Positions 1 through 10,192 of a stretch of DNA of 64,000 bases are shown piece after piece. Below the pieces are notes generated by a model. It saw only the letters and a program-made list of their open reading frames with translations. It was not told the DNA's origin and did not search any database. The stretch comes from Vulcanimicrobiota bacterium. Its GTDB lineage: Bacteria > Vulcanimicrobiota > Vulcanimicrobiia > Vulcanimicrobiales > Vulcanimicrobiaceae. The stretch is taken from contig OY970223.1 in assembly GCA_963714015.1 (NCBI GenBank), positions 928,001 to 992,000 on the forward strand, read 5' to 3'. The translations under genes were made by a program, and so were the position numbers. Within the stretch, counting starts at the first letter, position 1. Each line of letters starts with the position of its first letter.

Positions 1-167
1 GACCCCAAGTGCAGCGTAGGGCGCGAAGAACTGCGGCTACTCGAAGTTCCCGCGCTACCCCGTCACGCAGTGGCCGCGAATCGGTAATTATCGAGAGCGG
101 CGCGGTGTTTCCGTGCAGTGCGTTGAAGAAGTTGACCAATCGGTCGCGCGAGCCTAGACTTGAATCG

Positions 168-1229
168 ATGATAGATCGAGCTCTGCGTACAAGCGCTCTG
201 TTGATGATCTCCGTTGCCGCCGGCTGCAGCGCGGCAAACATGCCGTCATCTCTGAATCGCAGCCTTTCTTCAGCTACCGCGCAGGCGACCGCGCACTTCA
301 CCGAGATTGCGGCGCCCGACCAACTTATGGGCGGCATTGCGATCGCTGCCGACGGCAGCGTATTTCTCAATGCAAATCAGCATTTCCTCAAGTACGATGG
401 CGCATTCACGTCATATGCCTATCCACCGTGCGGATCGGGCTGCAGGGGCGACTTCGGAGTGAACACGCTCGCGTTCGGACCCGGCGGCACGGTATGGACG
501 ACCTTCGTCATTAGTAGCAGCGGCGGCGGCCCCACAACGGGCGAAATCGTTGCTTTGACGCGGAGCACCGGCATAGTAAATGAATATCAGAATGGTATAC
601 CGGGCGATGTGTACTCAACGGTAGCAAGCGCCGGCCGCGGCTACATGTGGGTGATCGACTGGTATGGCGGCGTACGTCCCTCAGCCGTTCCGGATGTCTA
701 TAAGGGTTCCGAGGAGGTCAAAACGGTGGGTGCGCCCACGCCTATAAATACAGCGGAGACCCTGGGGAGTGACGGCTTGATGTATCTTGCAAGCGATCCG
801 CACTTTAAGCCCGGGGAGCCGTCTCGCATCTTCGGTTACAACGACGCCGACAAACTCGTCGATCGCATCGTTTTGCCGTCACATTCAAATGTCGCGGCGA
901 TGACAAACGGACCCGACGGAAATGTTTGGTTCACCGATGTGGGCTTGAATGAAATCGGGCAGGTCGCGCGCAACGGAACCGTTACCTATTACAGCATTCC
1001 AACGGCGAATGCCGGCCTCTCCGGAATTACGTCGGCAAGCGACCATGCGTTGTGGTTCACTGAGAGTTCCGCAAATAAGATCGGCCGAATCGACCTCAAA
1101 GGGAATGTCAGCGAATATGCCGTTCCGAATAAGGCCGCGGGACCGTCGGGAATCGCCGCAACGCCGGCCGGTCAACCCTTTGCGATCTATTTCGTCAATG
1201 GGGGCGGTTTAGGGGAACTGACGCTGTGA
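168..1229 (+). CDS. Vgb-like (virginiamycin B lyase-type) beta-propeller lipoprotein
   Basis: Signal peptide with lipobox VAAGC after ATG 168; repeated GPDGNVWFT / SDHALWFTESSANKIGRI propeller motifs. Confidence 0.75.
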   Translation: MIDRALRTSALLMISVAAGCSAANMPSSLNRSLSSATAQATAHFTEIAAPDQLMGGIAIAADGSVFLNANQHFLKYDGAFTSYAYPPCGSGCRGDFGVNTLAFGPGGTVWTTFVISSSGGGPTTGEIVALTRSTGIVNEYQNGIPGDVYSTVASAGRGYMWVIDWYGGVRPSAVPDVYKGSEEVKTVGAPTPINTAETLGSDGLMYLASDPHFKPGEPSRIFGYNDADKLVDRIVLPSHSNVAAMTNGPDGNVWFTDVGLNEIGQVARNGTVTYYSIPTANAGLSGITSASDHALWFTESSANKIGRIDLKGNVSEYAVPNKAAGPSGIAATPAGQPFAIYFVNGGGLGELTL

Positions 1230-1260
1230 ACGCGTCTCGCGTCGCGGCGTGCAAATGACG

Positions 1261-2244
1261 TTAAACTTTATAACTGTGTAAGCCGCTGATCCACAAGTTC
1301 ACGCCGAAGTAGCAAAACATGATCGTCAGGAAGCCGATGCAGCTGATCCACGCGCTTCGGATCCCGCGCCACGTGGCGCGCGTGTGCAGATGCATGTAGA
1401 TGGCGTAGACGATCCAGGAGACAAGCGCCGCGGTTTCCTTCGGATCCCATTGCCAGTACGCACCCCAGGATTCGTGCGCCCACATTGCGCCGGTAATAAC
1501 GCCTAGCGTCAAAAGCGGCAAACCTACGGCGACGATGCGGTAGATCAGGATGTCGATCTGCGCGAGGCTCGGCAGCGTGTTCAGCCATTGGGCCGTGGGT
1601 TGCCCGGCGGCGGCTGCTGCAGCGATGTTCGGCGTATCCATACGAATGGTCACCGCCCGCGAAAAACTTTCCGCGACGGACAAGTCCGCCGGAGGTCCGC
1701 CGGCGGTCTGCGCAACGGGCGCAAAGCCCGAAGAGCCGCCTCTCTGGAGCGATCTTTCAAAGTAGTACTTCACGAGGTATACGATCGACATCACGAAGGC
1801 GACCATGAACGCGGCGTACGACGAGACCACGAGCGGCACGTGAATCTTTGCCCAGTACGACTGCAGCGAGGGAACAGCCGGCATTACGCCTTCGTTCCAG
1901 GTCGATCCGTACGCCAGGAAAAGGGCGGCAAGCCCGATGAGCAACCCTCCCGCGAACCACAGCTTGTAGCGGAACGCGAAGTACATGAAGATCGCCACCG
2001 ACACCGCCGAGAAAAGCGACAGCGAACCGTAGAGATTCAGCAGCGGCCAAATGTGCGTGATTTCGTAACGGGCTACGAGCTGAGCGAACTGCGCGACGCA
2101 GCCGGCAATAGCGAGCGGAATTCCGAGATGCGCGAGCCACTCGTCGCGCGCGAAGAAGTATACCAGCAGCGCGAGAGCGCTGACCGTGTACGCACCGATT
2201 GCGACGATCAGCAAGACTTCGTCCAAGGGCATGTGGCTCTGCAT
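1261..2244 (-). CDS. ccsA: Cytochrome c biogenesis protein CcsA/ResC (system II)
   Basis: WWD motif GAMWAHESWGAYWQWDPKE, LQSYWAKIHV and C-terminal GLHSY. Confidence 0.95.
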   Translation of the reverse strand: MQSHMPLDEVLLIVAIGAYTVSALALLVYFFARDEWLAHLGIPLAIAGCVAQFAQLVARYEITHIWPLLNLYGSLSLFSAVSVAIFMYFAFRYKLWFAGGLLIGLAALFLAYGSTWNEGVMPAVPSLQSYWAKIHVPLVVSSYAAFMVAFVMSIVYLVKYYFERSLQRGGSSGFAPVAQTAGGPPADLSVAESFSRAVTIRMDTPNIAAAAAAGQPTAQWLNTLPSLAQIDILIYRIVAVGLPLLTLGVITGAMWAHESWGAYWQWDPKETAALVSWIVYAIYMHLHTRATWRGIRSAWISCIGFLTIMFCYFGVNLWISGLHSYKV

Positions 2245-2245
2245 T

Positions 2246-3634
2246 TTACGTGGCCTCCGCTAGGTTGAGATTTGCCGCCGGACCCGCGGGATTGAGCGCG
2301 CGTTCCAGTTCCGCCGCGAGCTCCGCGAACTGCGTTTCGAAGATATCGTAGCCTTTGACCGTCATCGCGGCGATGCCGATGCGGCTGTGGCCCGCGCCTT
2401 GCGCGTCGATGCGCACGAACAGCCGCGCCGGTAAAAAGTAGAACGAGACGACGAGCCCCGCCAACAAGACGAAAGCGCCTATTCCCACGAGCGGGACGCC
2501 GGGATCGTAGCGGTACTGCAGCCCGCTTACCATTAGATATCGTTCGGGCGTGATGCGCCAGCCGTCGCCCACGTCGATCCAGGTGTTCATCGGAACCATA
2601 GCGGCGCCAAGGCTTTGCCCGTTTTCAACTGCCTCCAGGACGACCGCCGGATTGTTGACGCGCGGATCGCTCGAAGGCATGTTGGTCTGACGATCGACCG
2701 TCGGTACGAATTGATCGACGACGACTTGCCGCTGGGATCCGGGCAACTCGATCGCGTCGCCGGCCTCGTACGTCTTGCCGGAAAGCCCGGGGTCGCGCGT
2801 GCCGGCATGCGAAACGAGGAAACGCAGCGCGAAACCGTAGCTCGATTGATAGAACAGCGATCCGCCGATGTCGATCGGGTGATTGACCCGGATCCTCTTA
2901 TGCTCTACCGTACCGTTGCCGTACGCGACGGTGACGTTCGAAACGTAGTCGATCGGCTGGTATACCATCCCGCTCTTGGTCATGATCGGCTGAATCTTAT
3001 ATTTGAACCCGTCCAACCGCAGCGTCGCATCGCGATGGGGAACGTCGATCGTCTGTCCCACCACCAGCCCCGCGTTGCCCGAGAAGCCCTTCGCCCAGTA
3101 CACGGTCGTTCCGGCGGCGATAATCGTGAAGCCGATGTGCGCGATCAGCACGCCGCGCCGCGCCCAATTGTGCTTGTCGGCGAAGGTCCACTCCGTTCCG
3201 CCGAATTCTTTCTTGCGGATCATCCAGCCGCGTTTGGCGAAAAATCGCTGGACGCGATCGCGCACCTGCGCTTCGGACCCGCGCACGTCGATCGTCGCAT
3301 TCAGCGGAATCTTGTCGATGAGTACCGGCCGCAGCGCCGGCAGACGCGCGGGTATGACGCGCTTGAACGTACAGACCGCCAGAGAAAGCAAGATGAGGCC
3401 GATCGTTCCGACGTAGTACGGAGCGTGATAGATATTGTTGATATTTAGGCGAAGGATTAGGCGCGCAAGGGGCGGCGCGTACATCGAAAAATAGGTGGCT
3501 GCGTCTTTGCCTTGGTCGACCACCACGCCGGCAAACGTCATCAAACCCCAGACGAGGAGCAGGCAAACGGCGAAGAGCACGTTTCCGAACGTACGCGTGA
3601 AGTCGTCGTAGAACGATCGCAGCGCCGCAGTCAT
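2246..3634 (-). CDS. resB: Cytochrome c biogenesis protein ResB/Ccs1
   Basis: N-terminal TMs, LIAHIG, IRVNHPI, FYQSSYG, DPGVPLV motifs; adjacent to ccsA. Confidence 0.92.
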   Translation of the reverse strand: MTAALRSFYDDFTRTFGNVLFAVCLLLVWGLMTFAGVVVDQGKDAATYFSMYAPPLARLILRLNINNIYHAPYYVGTIGLILLSLAVCTFKRVIPARLPALRPVLIDKIPLNATIDVRGSEAQVRDRVQRFFAKRGWMIRKKEFGGTEWTFADKHNWARRGVLIAHIGFTIIAAGTTVYWAKGFSGNAGLVVGQTIDVPHRDATLRLDGFKYKIQPIMTKSGMVYQPIDYVSNVTVAYGNGTVEHKRIRVNHPIDIGGSLFYQSSYGFALRFLVSHAGTRDPGLSGKTYEAGDAIELPGSQRQVVVDQFVPTVDRQTNMPSSDPRVNNPAVVLEAVENGQSLGAAMVPMNTWIDVGDGWRITPERYLMVSGLQYRYDPGVPLVGIGAFVLLAGLVVSFYFLPARLFVRIDAQGAGHSRIGIAAMTVKGYDIFETQFAELAAELERALNPAGPAANLNLAEAT

Positions 3635-3644
3635 TTCGATCAGC

Positions 3645-4425
3645 CTAGTACGCTTCAGCCTCGCCGCGCCACGACTTCTCGAGCAGGACGATGACCCACA
3701 GGCTCCCCTCGTAAAGCGCGTACATCGGCAAAGCCATCATGGCCATGGTCAGCGGGTTGCCGTCCGGTGCGGCAATAGCGCCGAAACAGAAGAAGCCGAA
3801 CAGAAAATACCGCCGCGATCGCTTGAGAAACGCCGAATTGACGACACCGATGCGGGCAAGCGCGATCATGACGATCGGCGTCTGGAAGATGAGGGCAAAC
3901 GCCAGGAATACCAGCAGAATGAAATTCAGCGTCGCTTCGATGCCGAACGTCGGCGTCGCTAGGTCGTGTGTGACCCCAAGCAGCGTTCCGACGACCCGTG
4001 GCAGCACGAGAAAGTGCGCGAAGGCGATGCCGGCGGCGGCCAGCAGCGCCGAAGGAGCGACATACGCATACACCAGGCGCCGGGTGCGCGGATGGAACGC
4101 CGGAACGATGAACATCCAGAGCTGATAGAGCAGCACGGGAAGGCCGACGACGATGGCGCCGTAGATCGAGAACTTGAACTCGACCATGATGACGTCGGCG
4201 GGACCGAACGCATGCAATTGCACGCCTTTGAAATATGCATTCGTCAGCAGCGGGATGACGTAACGCGAGGGCCAGAACAGCAGAATGCCTAGGCCGAGCA
4301 CTGTCCCAATGGATATCAGCAGACGCTTACGGAGCATCCCGCAGGTGCTCCGTAAAACTCATCTCCTTTTGATCCCAGATGGCTTCGTCCGGATCGGCGG
4401 CCGGCCGAGCCCGCTCGACTAGCAT
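3645..4425 (-). CDS. tatC: Twin-arginine translocase TatC (frameshift near 4338)
   Basis: N-terminal EMSFTEHL in one frame continues as LRKRLL..YQLWMFIVPAF..FQTP..PDG..LYE in another. Confidence 0.92.
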
Positions 4426-4428
4426 AGG

Positions 4429-4737
4429 TTAACTGCTGAGCGTTCCTTTATCCGGCGTAGGCGGCGGAATCGGTTCACCGGTGCCCGAGGCGTTGGGCTG
4501 GCCCGTATAGTTCATGGGATCGGTGCGCGCGGTTTCCGCACGGACGCGGGCTTGCTCGCGCGCTTGGTCTGCCGCAGCGTCCGCTTCGGCTTGCCCCATC
4601 AAAAATTCTTTCTTCGCTTGACCTGCGCTGCGCGCAAGTTTCGGCAGCTTCTCCGCGCCGAACAGCAGTACCGCGGCGACGACGATGATGCCGATGATTT
4701 CCGGACTAAGCAGTCCGAGAATGGGGTGAATGGTCAT
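4429..4737 (-). CDS. tatA: Twin-arginine translocase TatA/E
   Basis: TM helix followed by LLFGAEKLPKLARSAGQAKKEF; directly upstream of tatC. Confidence 0.92.
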   Translation of the reverse strand: MTIHPILGLLSPEIIGIIVVAAVLLFGAEKLPKLARSAGQAKKEFLMGQAEADAAADQAREQARVRAETARTDPMNYTGQPNASGTGEPIPPPTPDKGTLSS

Positions 4738-4755
4738 AATGGCTCCTTTTGCGTG

Positions 4756-5724
4756 TTACTCGAGCAGCGCGCCGGCCAAGCGACTCAGTTCCGTCTTTGC
4801 CGCGCTCTCTTCGAGCGGTGCCAGCGAGAGTTTCGCGCGACTCGCGTACTGAGCGATCTGTTCGCGCGTCCCTTCGAGGCCGCCGTTTTCGGCGATGCCG
4901 TCGATTACCGCCGAGATTCCGCCCTGCTCACTTCCCGAATAAAACCGCCCGGCCATGCTGCGAAAGACCGCGCTTCCGCGGTTAAGCGCCAGAATTAACG
5001 GAATTGTCATCTTACGCTCCTGAAGGTCGTTGCCGACCGGCTTGCCGAGCGCCTCGGCGTCCGCGGTGACGTCGAGCAAGTCGTCCTTCATTTGAAACGC
5101 GATGCCGTAAAAGAGGCCGAAATCGCGCAGCGCCTTGATCTTCCGCGCAGATCCGCCGCCCATTATCGCTCCGCATTCGGCCGAGGCGGCGAAAAGGGAA
5201 GCCGTCTTCTTCATAACGATCTCTATATACGCTGTAAGCGGCAACTCCAGATTGCCCAAAGCACGCAGCTGCAGCACTTCGCCGTCGCAGATGTCGGCGA
5301 GCGTGGCCGAAAGGATGTTGGGCACCGGCTCAGGATACTGCGCGGTGACGTTCTTGAAGATCCAGGCGAAGAGATAATCGCCGGCCAGTACGCTGATCCG
5401 ATTGCCGTAGTCCACCGCGGTCGCATTGACGCCGCGACGTGTTTGCGCATTGTCGACGACGTCGTCGTGAATCAGCGTCGCCACGTGGATCAGTTCCATG
5501 TACGCCGCGAGGTGCAGATGATCTTCGGCGCTGCTGCCGTTCGCTTCGGCCGCCAGGAGCGTGATGCGCGGACGTAAGCGTTTGCCCCCCGCCGCCAGCA
5601 TGCGTTTAATCGCCTCGGTAATGAGCGGATTGTCGGTCGTGAACGTATTGCGAAAGAAGTCCTCGACCAGAAGGTAGAGGCTAGAATCGCTGCGGGACGT
5701 GCGGCGTTTGCGTGCGGAGATCAT
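4756..5724 (-). CDS. Polyprenyl diphosphate synthase (HepT/IspB family)
   Basis: GGKRLRP, LIHDDVVD, FQMKDDLLD, GKPVGNDL motifs. Confidence 0.93.
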   Translation of the reverse strand: MISARKRRTSRSDSSLYLLVEDFFRNTFTTDNPLITEAIKRMLAAGGKRLRPRITLLAAEANGSSAEDHLHLAAYMELIHVATLIHDDVVDNAQTRRGVNATAVDYGNRISVLAGDYLFAWIFKNVTAQYPEPVPNILSATLADICDGEVLQLRALGNLELPLTAYIEIVMKKTASLFAASAECGAIMGGGSARKIKALRDFGLFYGIAFQMKDDLLDVTADAEALGKPVGNDLQERKMTIPLILALNRGSAVFRSMAGRFYSGSEQGGISAVIDGIAENGGLEGTREQIAQYASRAKLSLAPLEESAAKTELSRLAGALLE

Positions 5725-6452
5725 TGCGGCACCGTTCCGCAGTGGATCGCTATCGCGCCGCCCATCAAGCGCACGAAACTTGAATCGACGAAACCGGCGC
5801 GCGAAAACCGGTCGCGCAGCGCTTCCGCATTCGGGTGGTGCGTGAGCGAGTTCGGCAAATAGGTATAGGCTTGGCGTGAACCGCCGACGGCGCCGCCGAT
5901 GAGCGGCACGATCTTATAAAAATAGAAATCGAAGCACGCTTTCCATACGCCGTTCGGCGCTTTGCTCATATCCAGGTTCACAAAACGCGCGCCCGGGCGA
6001 AGCACTCGCCGGATCTCTCCAAGCGTGGTGTCGATGTCGACGACGTTGCGCATCGAGAAACCCATCGTTGCGCCGTCGAACGAGTCGTCCGCGAAAGGCA
6101 GGTGCATCACGTCGGCCTCGATGAACTGCGCGTCGCCTTTGGCTTCCCGTAGCGCGCGGGTGCGCGCCGTGTTCAGCATCGGTTCGCAAAAATCGGCGCC
6201 GGTGACGTGCAGCGAACGGTCGGTTCGCAACAAATTAAAGACGAAATCGCCGGTTCCGCAACAGAGATCCAGAATATTGCCGCCCGGAGGAGCCTGAAGC
6301 ATCGCAATCGTCCGGCGCCGCCACCCTTCGTCCATACCCGCGCTTATGATCCGGTTCGTGGTATCGTACCGGGGCGCGATCAGGGCGAACATCTCGCGTA
6401 CGAACGCACCTTTGTCGGAATGAGCCGGCTGCGTGCTTTGGCTGGAGGTCAT
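5721..6452 (-). CDS. menG: Demethylmenaquinone methyltransferase (UbiE/MenG)
   Basis: MFALIAPRYD, LDLCCGTGD, LPFADDSFD, FSMRNV, AYTYLPNS. Confidence 0.92.
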   Translation of the reverse strand: MTSSQSTQPAHSDKGAFVREMFALIAPRYDTTNRIISAGMDEGWRRRTIAMLQAPPGGNILDLCCGTGDFVFNLLRTDRSLHVTGADFCEPMLNTARTRALREAKGDAQFIEADVMHLPFADDSFDGATMGFSMRNVVDIDTTLGEIRRVLRPGARFVNLDMSKAPNGVWKACFDFYFYKIVPLIGGAVGGSRQAYTYLPNSLTHHPNAEALRDRFSRAGFVDSSFVRLMGGAIAIHCGTVPQ

Positions 6453-6512
6453 ACCCGGTCATAGCTTTCGCCTCCGGGCTAGGCGTTCATTCCGGGGGCG
6501 TGATGGAGCGCC

Positions 6513-7373
6513 ATGATTGCCCTAAGTTCGACCGCGAACGCATTCCGGGCCGTCGAACACGCCCGAAGCATCGTCGCGGCCGTCTACACGTTGCAGTCAG
6601 GTCGCCTGCTGCGCGAACTGGAGAATGCGGCTCGCCGTGGGGCGCGCGTGACGGTCCGTATTGAAGGCCGCCCCGCCGCGGATGCAACCGGTTCGCTGCA
6701 GAGAATGAACGAAGCGGCCGTCCGGCAACTCCAACGCCTAGGTGCCGACGCAAAACTCGTGGATCAAATGGACGGCGAGGGCGCTCCCCTTCATCTAAAA
6801 GGACTGGTCTGCGACGGCGCCGTCTACTTGGACGATCGCAATTTCACGACGACCGGCGCAGATGCGGTCGTGCGTTTGAATACCTCGCGCGAGGTAGCGG
6901 ACGTCAAGACCGCCATTTTGAGCGGAATCGTGCGCCAATCGCGTTCGCTGCAACTGACCAAAGCCGATGCGCTTCAAGCGGAGAAGCGCGTGCTGCAAGG
7001 CGCAAAACACTGCGAAGCGGTGGACGTCGAGAGCGAATCGTTCGGCATCGGCAGCGGTGTGTACGGCGCGTTGAAGGATTTGGCGCAGCGCGGTGAGCAC
7101 TGCCGGCTAATCGTCGCACGTTCGGCAATGACGGCAAGGACCCGCAGCGCGATCGCGCGCTTGCAGAATGCGGGCGTCGACGTCCGAGCGGCGGCGTATA
7201 ACGAGAAATTCGCGGTCGCCGGAAAACGAACGTGGATCGGTTCCGCCAACGCCACAACGCCTTACTACGACGGCAATCAGTTGGACTGGGGCATCACCAC
7301 CGCATCCGAACGAATCGCGGGCGACCTACGGTCGCGCTTCGAGCAGCAGTGGCAGCACGCCAAGCCCGTTTAA
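6513..7373 (+). CDS. Phospholipase D-like domain protein (two PLDc domains, one degenerate)
   Basis: HLKGLVCD motif; second NEKFAVAG...GSAN motif; RRGARVTV and AGVDVR segments; GGAG RBS. Confidence 0.75.
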   Translation: MIALSSTANAFRAVEHARSIVAAVYTLQSGRLLRELENAARRGARVTVRIEGRPAADATGSLQRMNEAAVRQLQRLGADAKLVDQMDGEGAPLHLKGLVCDGAVYLDDRNFTTTGADAVVRLNTSREVADVKTAILSGIVRQSRSLQLTKADALQAEKRVLQGAKHCEAVDVESESFGIGSGVYGALKDLAQRGEHCRLIVARSAMTARTRSAIARLQNAGVDVRAAAYNEKFAVAGKRTWIGSANATTPYYDGNQLDWGITTASERIAGDLRSRFEQQWQHAKPV

Positions 7374-7389
7374 AAGGTGTGGTTTAGAA

Positions 7390-9402
7390 TCACCGCTGCA
7401 AGCGCTGCTCGAGCCACCCCGCCCAGCGCTTGTACGTATCGAGACGCCGCACCGGATCGCTCGGAAAATGCCCGTACGCGGGTATCGCGACGAACTCGAC
7501 CGTCTTTCCCTGATCCCGCAGCGCTTTGTAGAACTCGTATGCTTGCGGTTCCGGAACCCGGTAATCGCCCGTATCACTCAAAATCAATGTCGGAGTGCGG
7601 ACGTTGCTCGCATAGGTGATCGGTGAATTGCGGCGGTACGCCGCCATTCCATTACCTTTCCAGGGCGTGAGTCCGCCGAATAGCGCCGGCAGATAGTCCG
7701 TGACGTCTTCCAAAGAATATTGCACCAGGCAGTCGTTGATCGCTGCACCGCTCACTGCGGCGGTCCACATCGACGGATAGTTCGTAATGAGCCATGAGGT
7801 CATCCAGCCGCCGCCGGACCAGCCGGAAACGCCCACGCGCGACGTGTCGATCATGCCCGTCGCTTCCAACGCCTTTGTGCCCGCGACCACGTCTCGCCCG
7901 GCGCCGACGTACACTTCGGGGCCGATCATCGCATCGGCGTACTTGAATCCTAAGTTGTCGCTGCCACGGTAATTCGGCTGCAGCACGAACATGCCATGGT
8001 TGGCGAGTTCTTGCACGAGCGGCGAAAACCCGATGTTCGAGGATGCTTGCGTCGGTCCGCCGTGAATCACCAGGGCCAGCGGATACTTACGACCGGCGAG
8101 GTAACCCGCAGGGTATGTCAGCGCGCCGTCTTCGTCGAAGCCTTCGTTCGTCCACGTGAACTCCTTGGACGGCGCGACGACGCGATCGCTCGCGATCCAC
8201 GCATTATCGTTCGTCAATTTGCGCACCGCGTGCGTGTCCGCTGCGAGGTAATAGAGCTCCGACGGATCGGCCTGCGTCGAACCCGTGAACGCAATCGCGC
8301 CGTCGCTCGCGACCGTCCCGTCCTCGAACTGGACGTTGCCGAGGTCGACGCGGCGCGCTGCTCCTCCGGGTGCGCCGATCCACAAGGCACGCGTCGTGCG
8401 GTCGGCCGCGCTGAATGCAATGCTCTGTCCGTGCGGCATCCAGGCGAACCAACCGATGTCGCGATCTACGGAGGGCGCCGCGTCGCGGCCGCCGGCCGAC
8501 GGATCGGACGCGACGAGCAGCGTATTCTGGACCGCGATGGAACCGTTTTTGCCGGCGAAGTAGGCGATGCGCGTTCCCTCAGGCGCAAAAACGGCGTTGC
8601 TGCTGTAAGGGGCGCCGACGGTGTGCTGCGTTCCGGAGGCAATGTCGTATACCACGGAACGTGCGTAGAGCGAATGCGCGAGGGGATACGCGTCGGGCCC
8701 TCGTTCGAAGGCTACGTAGCGTCCATCGCGCGACCACGAAATCGGCCCCGAGTCTGTAGGATTTCCTGACGTCAAACGCTTTGCTTTTGCATGTTCTGCA
8801 ATCTCTTGCATCCACACGTGCGTCGGCACCGGCGCAGCTTGCGAGAGAAAATCATTGTCGCCGACTACGAACAGATCGTGGTGCGCGTCGAGTTGCTTCT
8901 TGTTGCCGGGAGTGTCTTCGGTGATATAGGCGAGTGCCTTTCCGTCGGGTCGCAGCGAATAGTCCTCCACGCCGTTCGGCGCACTGGTCACCGGCCGTGC
9001 TTCGCCGCCGTCCATCGGCAGAATCCACACCTGCTCCTTGGCATCCTTACCTTCACCGGCGATCGAGATGAACGCTAATTGCGTGCCGTCCGAAGAGAAT
9101 TGCGGTGAAGCGATGCGGTCCCGCGTCGGCGTCAGCACGCGCATTGCGCCCGTCGCAACGTCGATCAGTTCCAATTGCGAATGTGTCTTATCGCTTTTCA
9201 TATCGGGCCTGGATACCACCACTGCGATTTTTTTGCCGTCGGGCGTTATCTGCGCGTCACTGAACGAAACAATCCTCGGAATATCGTCCAAAGTGAACGG
9301 CCTGGCGGATGCGGCTAGTGCCGGCATGGGCAACGCCGAAGCGAGCATGGCGACGAACGCGACACTTCTCATAATGGAGCATTTTCGGCTCGCGCCGTTC
9401 AC
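7390..9402 (-). CDS. S9 family prolyl oligopeptidase (signal peptide; start may be slightly downstream)
   Basis: Beta-propeller repeats, YPLALVIHGGP, PNYRGS, GWSGGG nucleophile, DYRVP, GH catalytic His. Confidence 0.92.
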   Translation of the reverse strand: MNGASRKCSIMRSVAFVAMLASALPMPALAASARPFTLDDIPRIVSFSDAQITPDGKKIAVVVSRPDMKSDKTHSQLELIDVATGAMRVLTPTRDRIASPQFSSDGTQLAFISIAGEGKDAKEQVWILPMDGGEARPVTSAPNGVEDYSLRPDGKALAYITEDTPGNKKQLDAHHDLFVVGDNDFLSQAAPVPTHVWMQEIAEHAKAKRLTSGNPTDSGPISWSRDGRYVAFERGPDAYPLAHSLYARSVVYDIASGTQHTVGAPYSSNAVFAPEGTRIAYFAGKNGSIAVQNTLLVASDPSAGGRDAAPSVDRDIGWFAWMPHGQSIAFSAADRTTRALWIGAPGGAARRVDLGNVQFEDGTVASDGAIAFTGSTQADPSELYYLAADTHAVRKLTNDNAWIASDRVVAPSKEFTWTNEGFDEDGALTYPAGYLAGRKYPLALVIHGGPTQASSNIGFSPLVQELANHGMFVLQPNYRGSDNLGFKYADAMIGPEVYVGAGRDVVAGTKALEATGMIDTSRVGVSGWSGGGWMTSWLITNYPSMWTAAVSGAAINDCLVQYSLEDVTDYLPALFGGLTPWKGNGMAAYRRNSPITYASNVRTPTLILSDTGDYRVPEPQAYEFYKALRDQGKTVEFVAIPAYGHFPSDPVRRLDTYKRWAGWLEQRLQR

Positions 9403-9420
9403 CCCTCTGCCGCGCCGCGG

Positions 9421-10188
9421 TCATGACAAGGGAAATAGCGTCTGCGCGTTCCGTGTCGTCGTCGCGTGCACTGCGTCAAGCGGCAAGGCTAACAGCTCCG
9501 CGAGTTTTTGAGCAGTAATCGCGACGTACGCAGGTTCGTTGCGTTGTCCGCGATGCGGAACGGGCGCGAGGTATGGGCAGTCGGTCTCCAAGATCAGATG
9601 CTCGATGCCCGCGGAAATTACGGCATCGCGGATCGGCTGAGCGGTTTTGAACGTGATCGCGCCGCCGATCCCCAGCTTCAACCCAAACTCTTGCACGTAA
9701 ATCTTCGCCTGCGCGGTATCCCCGGTGAAGCAGTGAATCACGCCGTTCATCCCGGAGCGCCATTCCTCGCGCAGGATCGCGACGAAATCCTCGAATGCCT
9801 CGCGATGATGAAAGATCACCGGCTTGCCGCACCGGCGCGCCAGCACGATCTGCTTGCGCAGCACGTTCCGCTGAATCTCCCGCGGGCTGTGATCGTAATG
9901 GTAATCCAGCCCGGTCTCGCCGATCGCGACGATACGATCGTCATTCAAGAACGGCGCAAACGCCGACGCCAAGTCCTCGGGCGCGTCTTTGGCTTCGTGC
10001 GGGTGAACGCCGGCGCTCGCGAACAGCCCGAATTCCCGCGCCGTTTCGAGAGCTCGCTGCGAGTCCGCCAGGTCGCACCCGACCGTCAGCGCTTGCGCTA
10101 CCCCCGCCGCGTGCATTCGTTCGACGACTTGAGCGCGATCTGCGTCGAACGCGCGATCGTGAATGTGCGCGTGCGTGTCGACCAGCAT
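9421..10188 (-). CDS. tatD: TatD family hydrolase/DNase
   Basis: DTHAH, GVHPH, AIGETGLDY, HCFTG, ETDCPYLAP, RNEP. Confidence 0.95.
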   Translation of the reverse strand: MLVDTHAHIHDRAFDADRAQVVERMHAAGVAQALTVGCDLADSQRALETAREFGLFASAGVHPHEAKDAPEDLASAFAPFLNDDRIVAIGETGLDYHYDHSPREIQRNVLRKQIVLARRCGKPVIFHHREAFEDFVAILREEWRSGMNGVIHCFTGDTAQAKIYVQEFGLKLGIGGAITFKTAQPIRDAVISAGIEHLILETDCPYLAPVPHRGQRNEPAYVAITAQKLAELLALPLDAVHATTTRNAQTLFPLS

Positions 10189-10192
10189 TACG

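Noticed and set aside
168..1229. Streptogramin B resistance lyase
   Set aside because: Only propeller repeat similarity; it is a predicted lipoprotein, unlike cytoplasmic Vgb
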